Origin: Antedon mediterranea
Lineage: Eukaryota; Animalia; Echinodermata
Length of the DNA: 64,000 nt
Direction of reading: 5' to 3'
Assembly (NCBI RefSeq): GCF_964355755.1
Contig: NC_092674.1
Span: 4,650,001 to 4,714,000, forward strand
Shown here piece by piece: positions 21,898-34,100 of this stretch. The notes beneath the pieces are model-generated. The model saw only the letters and a program-made list of their open reading frames with translations. It was not told the DNA's origin and made no database searches. The position numbers were made by a program, and so were the translations under genes. Each line of letters begins with the position of its first letter. Within the stretch, counting starts at the first letter, position 1.

Positions 21898-22489
21898 TTA
21901 ATGGAACACTTTCGAGATCCGCGCGACCCCTGAATATAGAGTGAGCTGGGATATTTCCACTGTAGTTAGGCTATATTAGCATATAACTGTTATTATTAAA
22001 CAACGGCGGGTAACACTAAGGCTGATTTTTTCTTATCAACAAATATTTGTGTAATAGTAAACAGTAGGACTATCATCGGCTTCATTAACTAACAAGCAAC
22101 AAAGGTGTTTAGTTAAGCCAAATTATTATGAAATATTTGTACCGGTAGCATCTTAGAGGCCTACTATTGAAGTATACTAATTGATTGATAATTGATTATT
22201 CTCAAAATAAAGAATAAAGTGTAACTCCCATATTGTTTTATTTCCATAATGATGCACGGCATTCATTATAGGCCTATTGTTATTGTTATACGCAATTAAC
22301 CAATCAAATGACACATTAGGTGTGCCATCAAATTAAATATATTGATTAATATTTGACTTTGTTACCGTGTTGACCTATTGTGTACGTTTTAGAGAAAATA
22401 TTTAATTCAATTGGGAAATTAATATAATACAGTACTTTGTCAGGGATTAATATTGAATTTAATTTACAGTGTTGTTAGATACTTTAGCC

Positions 22490-25416
22490 ATGTCGTATTC
22501 TGGTAGACTAAATAAAACAATTAAAAAAGACGCGGATCGATTAAACAATGAAATCAAAACCCTAGAAGAGCAATATTGCGTAAACAGTAATGAAAAAATA
22601 ACCGAAATGATCCAAATTAAAAGAAACGAACTAGAATCAATCTATGAAATTAGAACACGTGGCTCACTGATTCGATCCAAAGCCCGTTGGATAGAAGAAG
22701 GAGAAAAAAGCACGAAATATTTTCTTAATTTAGAGAGGAGGAATTATAATAAAAAGCATATAACTAAAATTACAACAGATAATGGAGACATAACTAACCC
22801 CGACGATATAATAAATGAAGAAAAACGATTCTATGAATCATTATATAGTTTTGAAGGCGAAAATAACAATGTCAACCCTGCTGATATTTTTGACAAGATA
22901 CACATAGATAAAATCAATAAAGATGATGAATCTATATGTGACCAGCCCCTTAGAGATACAGAATGTTTAGAAGCATTAAAGGCGATGGATAACAATAAAA
23001 CCCCTGGGACAGATGGTTTTCCTGCCGAGTTTTATAAACTATTTTGGAATGATATAAAAGATACGCTAATTAACGCTTACCATTATTCTTTCCAATCCGG
23101 GTTTTTAAGTATCTCCCAGAAACGAGGGGTGATATCACTTATACCGAAAAAAGATAAATCTCCGCTATTATTGAAAAACTGGCGTCCCATCTCGCTTTTA
23201 AATGTGGATTATAAAATTTTAGCAAAAGCCATTGCGACTCGTTTAAAATGTGTGCTGCCATCAGTAATTAATCCTGATCAAACGGGCTTTCTTAAAGGCA
23301 GATATATTGGAGAAAACATAAGATTAGTCTATGATGTAATAAAATATGCAGAAATGCACAACAAGCCAAACTTACTATTTTTTGTAGATTTTGAAAAGGC
23401 TTTCGATAAGGTGAAATGGGGCTTCCTTGATATGTCTCTTAAGAGATTTGGCTTTGGTAAAAATATGATAAATTGGATAAAAATATTATATAAAGACATT
23501 GTTAGTTGCGTTATAAATAACGGGGTAACATCAAAATTCTTCAATTTAAAACGAGGCCTGCGTCAAGGATGTCCCTTATCCCCATATCTTTTTATAATTT
23601 GTGCAGAAACACTAGGTAACATGGTACGTCAATCAGACACATTTAAAGGTATAGAGTACAATAATGTAGACATAAGAATTAGCCAATTTGCAGATGACAC
23701 TGTGTTTTTTCTCAAAGACCAAAACTCAATTAAACCGATTATAGATATACTGGATGAATTTTCTATATATTCTGGACTCAGAATTAATTATGAAAAAAGT
23801 AACATTATGAGAATAGGATCGTTAAGAAACTGCGACTATAAAACGCCATCTGAGAAAAGTATTTCATGGACCAAAGGCCCAGTAAAATACTTGGGTGTCA
23901 ATATTTCTTGTAATTTTAATGATATTTTCAGACTCAATTTTCCAGATAAGGCTAAAAATGCTGAACAATTATTAAATATGTGGAAACAACGCTCACTTAC
24001 TCTGTTTGGAAAAGCAACTATTATTAAGTCACTGTTTCTCCCGATATTCACGTATGTTTTCTCAAATTTACCAGACCCACCCGATTGTTTCCTTCAAGAT
24101 ATTCAAAGTAAAATTTTTAAATTTATATGGAACGGAAAACCCGATAAAGTCAAAAGAAAAGTCATGCTTAACAATTTTGACGAAGGAGGGTTAAAAATTC
24201 CCCATATTAAGAGTTACTGTACATCTCTCAAATCATGTTGGGTGAAAAGATATCTTGATGGAAATCAATCCAAGTGGAAAGTGTTTTTAAAAAGTAAGAT
24301 TAAAGAGGTTGGAGGAAATATTGTTTTCGAAACCAACTTTTCTAAATCTTCAAAAATATTAAAACAATTTGAAAGGTTCCATAAAGATATACTCTCTGCG
24401 TGGAGTGAATACAATTTTGTAGAACCGTATACGATAGAGGACATCTTAAATCAATCTTTATGGAACAACTCATGTTTTGATAAAAGAGAATTTAAAGTTG
24501 AAAAAAATTGGTTGGTTAAAAATGTAAACTATGTAAAAGATATCGTGAACAAAGAAGGGAAAATATTAGAACTAGACGAATTTAACCAAAAATATAATTT
24601 TAAACCAGACTTCTTATTATATCACCAGATTGTAAATTCAATTCCAAAGCTCTGGAAACAGAAATTAATTGAACAAGGTATAAACACAACTAATGAAGTT
24701 GAATCCAAATTACAGACATTCATTTCTGTGAAAACGAGAAATTGTCATTATATCTATAAACACATTATATTAAAAAATGTTGAAGAGCCAATTGGAATTG
24801 AATCCAAATGGGAAAAGGAGTTTGACAACAAACTTAATTGGAAAAACCTTTTCTCAAATTTACACGCCTGTACAAATGACACTAAGCTAAAAAATTTTCA
24901 ATTTAAATTTATTCATCGTATAATTTATACAAATACAATGCTCTTTAAGATGTCAAAGGTCGATTCACCAATGTGTAGTTTTTGCAAGGAAAAGCAGGAA
25001 ACACTGCTACATATGTTCTTTGAATGTGATCTGGTAAAGAACATTTGGGAAAATGTAAACAATATATGTATCGAAATATCAACAATAACTTAATTATCAC
25101 CAAAGAAAGTATATGTTTTGGTTTTGGAAAAACACACAGTGATGCAAACATTTTAATTTTAATTACAAAGTGGTACATATTTAGTTGCAAAATCAAAAAA
25201 CAATTACTTAATTATAATCATTTATTTCACATTTACCAAAAATACAAGGCAACCATATTATTAGCAAAATGATTATTATTAAGTGTATTTTTGCGATACA
25301 TTATTTTTTTTTTCTTTAATTTCATTACTCTCTTATTTTTGAGAGAGTATTATATCGTTTTAATTGTTACGTTGCCTTTATATATTAATTTTGTATTATG
25401 TATGTGATGAAATGAA

Positions 25417-25452
<36 letters not shown>
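22490..25452 (+). mobile_element. 5'-truncated Tx1/L1-clade LINE (ORF2 RT plus C-terminal zinc knuckle, no endonuclease)
   Basis: ORF has RSKARWIEEGEKSTKYF, KTPGTDG, NWRPISLLNVDYKI, DFEKAFD, RQGCPLSP, QFADD, KYLGV and CSFC...E...H.FFEC. Poly(A) is about 35 nt. 13-bp TSD AGATACTTTAGCC (22477-22489 and 25453-25465). One frameshift near 25057. Confidence 0.95.
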
Positions 25453-25455
<3 letters not shown>

Positions 25456-27303
25456 TACTTTAGCCTTGGCTTCAATGAATTGTAACTTGTAAATAGAAAT
25501 ATACAGTTTATTAAATCAATAAAAGGTTATACAATTATCTAATTTGACCTTACTTTTAGTTATATAAAAAGCTTGTTGAAATATTAAAAACAGCGATAAA
25601 TATTTGTAGGCGCGTGTACAAGAACAGAGTAACAACTCAAATACAAACGTCATCTATTAGTACTGTACTGAAAGACATACATATTTTGGTACAAATGACG
25701 TTTCATACGTATCCTACTTGAACTAATAAATACGCATAGAAAAAAGAAAATAAATACAGACAGTCTACAAACAATACAATTTTAAAATGTTACAAATTTA
25801 GGGGAGGACTGGGCTGGATGCGAAACCTCCCCGCTTCAGGGGACCAAGCACAACGTTCCGTTTAAAAAGACTTTCCTCTGAATATGGGTTGATCCCAATT
25901 AGTGTACATCTCTCTTCGATCGTTTCAAAAATTTCGCAAAAGCTTGAAATAATATCCATAAAAGGCATCACTAAAATTAAATATTTATATTATTTATAGT
26001 TATGTTACACATTGAATATCTTTACGAATGATTGGTAATGGACAATATTCGTGAACTCATTACGTACCTGGGAATCTAATTACATACGTCACAGGGTTGA
26101 TTCTTAACAGTTTTGGCGACTAACCGTAAAGAAGATAATATCAGTGCATTGTGACTATATGTTTACAGTACATTACAACACCGAATACGGGGTGATTTGC
26201 AGAATTAAACTTTTATTATTATTCGTATAAATTGTATAGAACACAAATAATTGCAGTAGATAACACGATAACATATAATTAGATTGTAAGCTGTGCGTGG
26301 GATACATTAGGCCAACAAATGAAGAGTTTTAGCGGTTACTACCCTGTATAACGTAGTTAAAAAAGGTATAAAGGTATCACGGTATATATATTTGTCCTCA
26401 AACTGCGGAAATTCGGATTAGGCCCTCCACGAACCCGCGGCAGCCAGTGGTGCTGCAGCGCCTACAAGATCAGCACACCGGGAGACCGGGAGACGATGTT
26501 TGCGGCACTGTTGTATCATCGGTTTCCACTTGTGTTTACGCAATTCAGTACTTCGCGTCGATACGTCGCGGCGTTGCGTCGCTAGTGGGAACCATCGGTA
26601 ACGCGAAATATCATGTGCGCGATCGTTTACGTTAACAACAAAAAAACACAGTAATCTTAAATAGCTGAAAGTGAAAGAAATAAAAACAAGCACTAATTTA
26701 TTTACTTAGCTCAATAAAAGTATATTTATTGTAGATCAGAAACTCTAAATATAAAACATAGTATCATGATGTACAATATTCAGATTTACACCCTTTCCTT
26801 TCGATAATCAATAGGACAAATATTTTATTTTAAACACCATACGAAATGGCAATTCAAGGCACAATAAACGTGAGCGTAAAAACACGCATCAGTGACTCAT
26901 AAATAATCAGTCCTGTATAACGTAATTAATAAATTGGCCCAATTTGCTTTCCATACATGTTCACATACAGGAATACCATAGGCACTCTAAAACAGGAATA
27001 TATTCATTTCTTCATAAAATTTGTCGGAACACATCGCTTGCTTTCAGTACGATATTGTACTTATCGTATTAAAATATATATATTACAAAATGTAAATGGC
27101 TGTACAAAGTTTAAAAGTTTATTTACAAAAGAAAAATGTTAATCATATTATACTATGGAATTATTCAATGGAATAGAATCGTACATGATGATGATGGAAA
27201 ATCCAACATTTTATGATGGAAGTCCGTTTGGGATTAGGTAATGCAGCTTTACAAAACATAAATCTACGAAGGCTAAACTTTAAACACGATTTAATACATA
27301 AAA

Positions 27304-27411
27304 CACTACTGGCAGTAGTTCATATTACATTACTGCAGTAAACCATTTTACACTACTGCAGTAATCCATATTACATTACCGCAGTAAACCATTTACATTA
27401 CTGCAGTAATC
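27304..27411. repeat. 22-24 bp degenerate tandem repeat (about 5 units) in the presumed dachsous 3' UTR
   Basis: CAyTACTGCAGTAAwCCATwTTA units with a palindromic TACTGCAGTA core. Confidence 0.75.
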
Positions 27412-28114
27412 AACTATCCTCAAACCTCTAAATCCGTTTCATTTTGGAAAAATAAGCTGTAAGGTTCGATAATAACATTTCACACAAAATACATATACCG
27501 TCGTAGTAGGTAAATAAATATACATATTTAAAAAATCACATTATAATGAAGACATAGGCATCCCAGCAATATGCACATTTTGTTGTGTTATGTAATAATA
27601 ATAACATAACTAAAATTACATCATAAATGTCAATTTTAATAAACTGGCAATTAAACATAATAAATTAACAAGGTGTAATTTCATTCAAAATATATATGGA
27701 TTGTATATTACTTTTAAGTACGCGTTTTTTTAATTAAGTACATTTAGTATAAAATCACAAATCAACATTTCTTTATAGAAATGTCCACGTTGGAAGATAA
27801 GCGCAAATCTATTCAATTTTATCAGAAAACAGTTTATTTTTTTTAACTTTATGATGCTTGATAAATAGGTATCCAAATTATTTTGTTGAAACTTTTACAA
27901 TATAAAAAATTATTAAAATATCTGACAAATATTTACATAAATATATTTTGGGTGAAATTAATTCGGTTATAAAAAGTACTGTACATATTTAGTTTAATTG
28001 TCCGACAGCTAAACTAACTTTGACGTGGACAAAAGTTTCCACATATTTTGTTTTTTAAATTAGGTCTACCAAATAAAAATTATCAATTTTGTACAAATAC
28101 AAGGCGTTTGTTGA

Positions 28115-31100
28115 CTATATCTGAAATTCTTTTTGATCCGCACTATTTAATGGAGGTAACCTGACTGAGTAGTGTGATGGGTTAATAATCCGGCCTGGTG
28201 TTCCTTGACCAGAAGTACATCGACTTGTTTGCATTGAACTCAGTCCAGTCGATGTGACGAGAGGCGAGATGGACGGTGACCCGGGGGCAAGAGGTGACAA
28301 TGATGGCGACAGATCCGGCGATACTGCTAACGATTGAAATATATTTTCATGCGATATTGGAGATCTCGGCGAAGAGTTTCTTGTATGAGATGATGTGTTA
28401 CTAGCTAAAGGCACAACAGGTTTAAAAGGTCCCTGGGCAATTGACGTGATTAACGGTGGTGGGTGGGTCTTGAGCTTCGGTTGAAATGCTGATTTCTGTT
28501 GAGGCGGACGCTGCTCTATTTGCCTCCTTGCTACACTATCATCTTTGAGCTTGGCAATTTCTGCAAAGACATGCGCTAACGGCTGAAACTGTGGACCCCA
28601 ATCTAGTAAGTAATCCCAATTGTAACTACCGGAAAACTCTTCATCACTGTTCACGATTGAGCTTAAGGAACCTGCCATAGAAGGTTGTCCGTGATCATCA
28701 AACCCAAATGACCTTGTGCCGTCCATGACAGCATCGTCTTCTTCAGCACCAACCTCGTCCAGCTTAGCGTAGATGATGTTCCCGATATCGACTCCACCAC
28801 CTGCTTCTCCTCCGCCTTCCTCCCCAAACACGTGCATACTCTCAACGCTCTTACTACTAAGGAAACCATTCATAACTTTAGTATTTTGTAGTATGTCATG
28901 ATCGTCCAAAACGGAACTGGAGTCCTCGTGATCGTGTTGAATTCCGGAATCGATAACTGTACCACGCTGATTTGATGAATGATCAGATTTTGACCCTTCA
29001 TTGATTTTTCGGATTTCTTCGTCTTCCACAGTGGTTGATCCTCGGCCACTTGACGCCGAATTTGATTGGTCTGAAATATCGGTTCGAGTTAAGTGGCCTA
29101 CTTCCATGGAGCTGTTGGCACCACGCATAGCGTATAGATTACCAATACGATGTATTTCAGCAGGACTGATTTGTAAGGCGCCATTTGCCATAATACCGTG
29201 CGACATATCAACTCTATCAAAAGTATTCGCGTCGTACGCTGGCGGTGAGTATCTTCCTTGGCTATAAACATTCGATGGTTTCTGTTGTCCGTTTTTACGT
29301 TTCCACATAAGAATCAGAAGAATTACTAAGATGAGTAACACAATGAATATTAATGGTAAAATGATGGCCAGAATAAGACTAATATCACCGGCAGCTGTAT
29401 TGCCTCCGCTAGAAGGAATGTCTACAACCACTGTTACGGTTGCTCTAGCCTCTAACGAATCCTTCCTACCACTGCTAGCTTTCACAAGAATTGCCTCTTG
29501 TTGTGGAGCTTCCCGTACGTGTCTTTTCCTTGTTGAACGCCTTCTCCGTGACCCACTCATATCTTTACGGACGGATATCACTCCTGTGGTATCATTAATG
29601 ACGTAATATTCCTCAATATTTTCAAAGGAATAACGGACAACACCATCTTTTCCTTTATCATCGTCAGTAGCTTTTACAGTACCAACAGACGTTCCCTGCT
29701 TCGCGTCACTGGGAACGCTGAATTGATATTCTAACTCGGAAAATTGTGGTTCGTATTCATCTATGCTCGTAATGTCGACTTGAGCCTGTACACCGATTTT
29801 CTCACCACCGGAGTCGGTTGCTAAAATATGAATACGATATATAGATGTAGTCTCGTAATCAAACGATGCAAGTGTTCGAACCTCTCCCGTGTCACTATTA
29901 ATTGAAAAGAAGTCTTGACCGTCACCGCCTTGTATCGAGTATGTCAAAGATCCATAAATTCCTGTGTCTTCATCCAAAGCTTTCGCTGTAAAAACCAGCG
30001 TGTCAACTGGCTGGTTCTCTTCCAAACTTTCAATATACATTAGCGACGGGAAATACGGTTTGTTATCGTTCTCATCAAGAATATCGATAACAACGTTGAC
30101 TTCACTTGATCGCCGATCTGGGTGACTATCATCCAACGCTTGTACCGACAATACCACTTCCGGCGTTCCTTTATCGTGATCCAGCCCACTTTTCACCGAT
30201 ATCACACCTGATCGTGTACCGATTTTAAACAAATCTTTGTCATTACCGGATATAATTTCAAAGCGTATCATTTCATCTCCGTCTTGATCGGCATCCGTGG
30301 CAGAAACTGTAAGTACGGGAGTATCGTCAGCAGCCGCTTCGCTGATGTTAGCGTAATAAGCGTCAAACTGAAAAACTGGACTATGATCGTTGACATCAGT
30401 AATTTCAATTATAGCTTCGGCGGTAGAGTTCCGTTGTGGACTGCCGCGGTCTGTCGCAAGTATTACCAATGTGTACAGATTCTTCTGTTCGCGATCTAAC
30501 AAACCATTCACAGTTATTTCTCCGCTGTTTCCATCAATACGGAACACGTTTTCTTCATTTCCAGAAAGAATACTGTAGTAAATGTTATTGTTGTCATGAG
30601 ATGGGTCTCTGTCTTCCGCATGAACAGTGAGGACGTGCGAGCCGTGCGGACTATTTTCCGGTACGGACTCTTCGTAAAGAGGAGTGTCAAAATCTGGTGA
30701 GTTATTGTTAACATCGGTAACCTGAATTCTGACTGCTACGACAGCAGATAGAGGGGGGTCTCCATGATCTCTTGCGGTGATCACCAACTGGATAACTGGT
30801 TGAGATGGGTTGTAGTCGATAGTTTGGTTAGTAAATATGGTTCCTGAATAAATAATAAAATGTTTTCTTTGTCAGATCATTACTTTGATCACTCTTTAAT
30901 AGTAAAAATAGCAACTATTATACATATTCATTATTGAGATTGAAAACATTAATAATGAATAATTAATTAAACTATGAAATAGAATATGACATTATTTTAA
31001 TTCGGACATTTATTTACCTGTAATAGGGTCGATATAAAAGCCTAATACTGGTGCTACACCCATGCTGTATTCTATCTGTGCGTTGGTGCCTTCATCTACA

Positions 31101-34100
31101 TCTGTTGCATTCACTGTCTTGATTGGATAGCCTGGAGGTGTCAGCTCAGGTATAGTCACCTGTTGTGGACAAAATAATATCTCATTCGTAACTTGTAAAA
31201 ATGTCCTATAGGATCTTTTAGAATTCTATATAGGATGCAATAAGCTGTCTATGGGATATGTTGCCTAAACATTTCATTTCCCTATAAAGTTTTAAGCCCT
31301 GTCTACACTATCAAACCTTATGTGATGTGCCCATATATTGACATGATGATGTCATATCACTACCATATTTAGACACATCACACCTTTTTCATCAAATTAA
31401 TTTGATAATGTAGACAGAGCTTTATAATCTTATATAAACTATATAAAAAAGCTAGCTACCTCATAGGACTGTTCACTGAATTCTGGTGCGTTATCATTCT
31501 CATCCAAAATTATTACAGTCATTCCACCCTTAGCTGTTTCCACGCCATCAAACGCGGTAATCGTAAGTTGGTATTCCGGTTTGTCTTCACGATCCAATGG
31601 AGCGTTAAGTGTCACCGTGCCACTGAAACGATCGATTTGAAACTCGGAGTTTGTGTTGCCCTCTATGATGTCATAGGTCAGAGTGGGATCTTTATCGGCA
31701 TCGTTCGCTTGAACATTGTAAACAACTGTACCAACTTTTGCACCTACATAAAAAAAAAATGTTCAATGTTTTTATGTACCTTGGTATGGTACAATATACT
31801 TCTTTTTAAATATCCTCAAATTTTGCATATTAGTCAAATACACTACTGTATAAGGTACTGTATTTAAAGAGTCTGTGACCGTATTCAGCAATCACACTTA
31901 AGTGAGATATTTCCCTTAAGTATTTTACTTAACCCAATAAATATTTAAGTGTTTCCCTTAGCATAAAGTGTGAATAGTGAATACGGCCACTGTTATCTAT
32001 CCAAGTACACTACAGTGCAGCAGCTAAGTGCCTGGAAAACATTACAGGGCCTGTTTAATCCAACGTTGATTACGATTCAGAAATGTTGAACTTGTTATAA
32101 GGTACTTGGTACGGAATGGCGAAAATAGAAATGTAATTACTAATCACCTTCATTGATTGAAACTGGAGGGATTCCCGGTAGTACTGGGGGATTATCGTTC
32201 TTATCGTTGATGCTAATCTTAATAGTGGCACTTCCTGTGTTCGGAGGATTCCCGCCATCCACAGCTTCCAAGGTGAGTTTGTATAGTTCCACGATCTCAC
32301 GATCTAAGCGAACTCGTGTTGTAATGATGCCAGTCTGGGGATCAATATTGAAGTGGTCGTCGTTGTTGGCGCTAGAGAACCGATACGTTATCTGGGCATT
32401 TGTACCGGAGTCATCATCGGTTGCCGAGACCTAAAAGAAAGAAATTTAATTTACTATTAGTTAAATAATTCATAACATGTACATTGTTATTATTATATAT
32501 AGTTCATTGTTACATTTTTCTAATAGTACAAAACAAATTAATGAAATCACTCAGAAACTGAGTGAAGTAGTTGGCAAAATATATCAAGGAAAACTATATT
32601 CGGAGAGAGAGGGCTCACTACTTGATATTCGGTTCATGTTAAAAGAATGGGCGTGCTATTTAATATCACATATGGAAGATACAGGCAAGTCAGATTGTAA
32701 TATAATAAGCTTTTGTGACATGACCAATATATCAATTTTCCTGAAAATAAATAGGCATATTCTGTAAGTATAATATCTATTTTAATAAATTTATGTTAAA
32801 ACACCCAAACATTCAGGACAATAACTTAACAATTGTGGATGCCATCGTGCTGACAAACGAACAAAGCAAGTACTGTACTTCTATTCTATTTTACCAAGTA
32901 TTAAAACAGGACAAATATAAATAATATACAGTACAACCACTGATCACAAACTGGGCCCTCTGGGAGATCAGTCTTTGACTGAAGAGGTCGCCCAGTATAA
33001 AAATAAACTATTCAACTAACTAGCTAACCTTCAAGACCCAACAGAGTGTACCTTTAATAGAGGTGTCCCCTGAAAAGAGGTATGCTTTAATGTTTAAACC
33101 TATTTTCCCTCTTTCATTTCACTTGAAAGTGTCCCCTAATAGGAGTATCCCAAAGCAGTGGTTCTACTGTGTATAAATTGTCTGTATTTAACAACAATTA
33201 CAAATGAGATAAAAACAATGTAATACAATAATGACCTTGACAACATAGTAGTTCTCAGAACTGCCCTCAAACACGGTTGTAGCATATCGCTCCTGCCCAA
33301 ACCTTGGAATATTGTCGTTTGAATCTTGCAGATTAATGTTGACCTTTGTGTAACCTTGAGCGGGTACTGTCCCACCAGACTCGGATTTGGCTTGCACAAG
33401 AAGTTGCACGTACGTCGAAGTCTCGTAATCCAAAATGTTCTCTTGAGCTACTGTTATGGCACCTAAGAAAAGAGGAGAAAAGTGTTTAAATGAGGAATTA
33501 AAGTTTGGAATTAGGGACTTTTCGATCTGTATTGTCCTTAAGGTATATATTCCAAACCAACACTAAATAAAGCTTAATACCTGTCATTTCGTCAATTGCA
33601 AATGCACCTTCATCATTTCCTCGGATGATTGAGTACATGATAGGCGAGTTGTTTGCCTTGTCTGAATGCTCGGCGTGAACGGTTTCAACCGGTGTGACAA
33701 CCCTTGCATCCTCTGGGAGGTTAGCATTGTATTCCAGAAGGTCAAAGTTCAAGGACGATATAGCGGCATTACCAACCCTCACTTCAACAACAACTGTAAA
33801 AGGAAAAAACATAATGTTTTTTTTACATAATCAAATTAATAATCACTATTATTATCACAGTCAACATTTATAGCTTTTAAAAATATACAAAATGGAACAT
33901 ACCATTATTTGAGAGAGATGGTGATCCCAGATCAGTAGCAGTAACTTCAAAGCGATACAAGGGAACTGATGGTGATAGTTGACTATTGACGGTTATCACA
34001 CCAGTGAGTTCATCGATTGTAAAATACTGAATATTCTCCTCATCAATACTGAAAACGAAATATTATTTTTTTCTTCAATAATTACTCGTAGTATTTTATT

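Noticed and set aside
22469-25093. Host or domesticated reverse transcriptase, retron or telomerase
   Set aside because: Poly(A), TSD, 5' truncation and Tx1-type motifs show an ordinary LINE copy. The first 7 codons of the track ORF are flank and TSD.
29001-30714. Plus-strand and alternative-frame ORFs over the last dachsous exon (also 39508-39867, 43069-43570, 23329-24194)
   Set aside because: They are shadows of real coding sequence with no independent homology.
32960-33000. Hammerhead ribozyme (CTGAAGA core)
   Set aside because: There is no downstream GAAA core. The stems fit a retroposon 3' tail.
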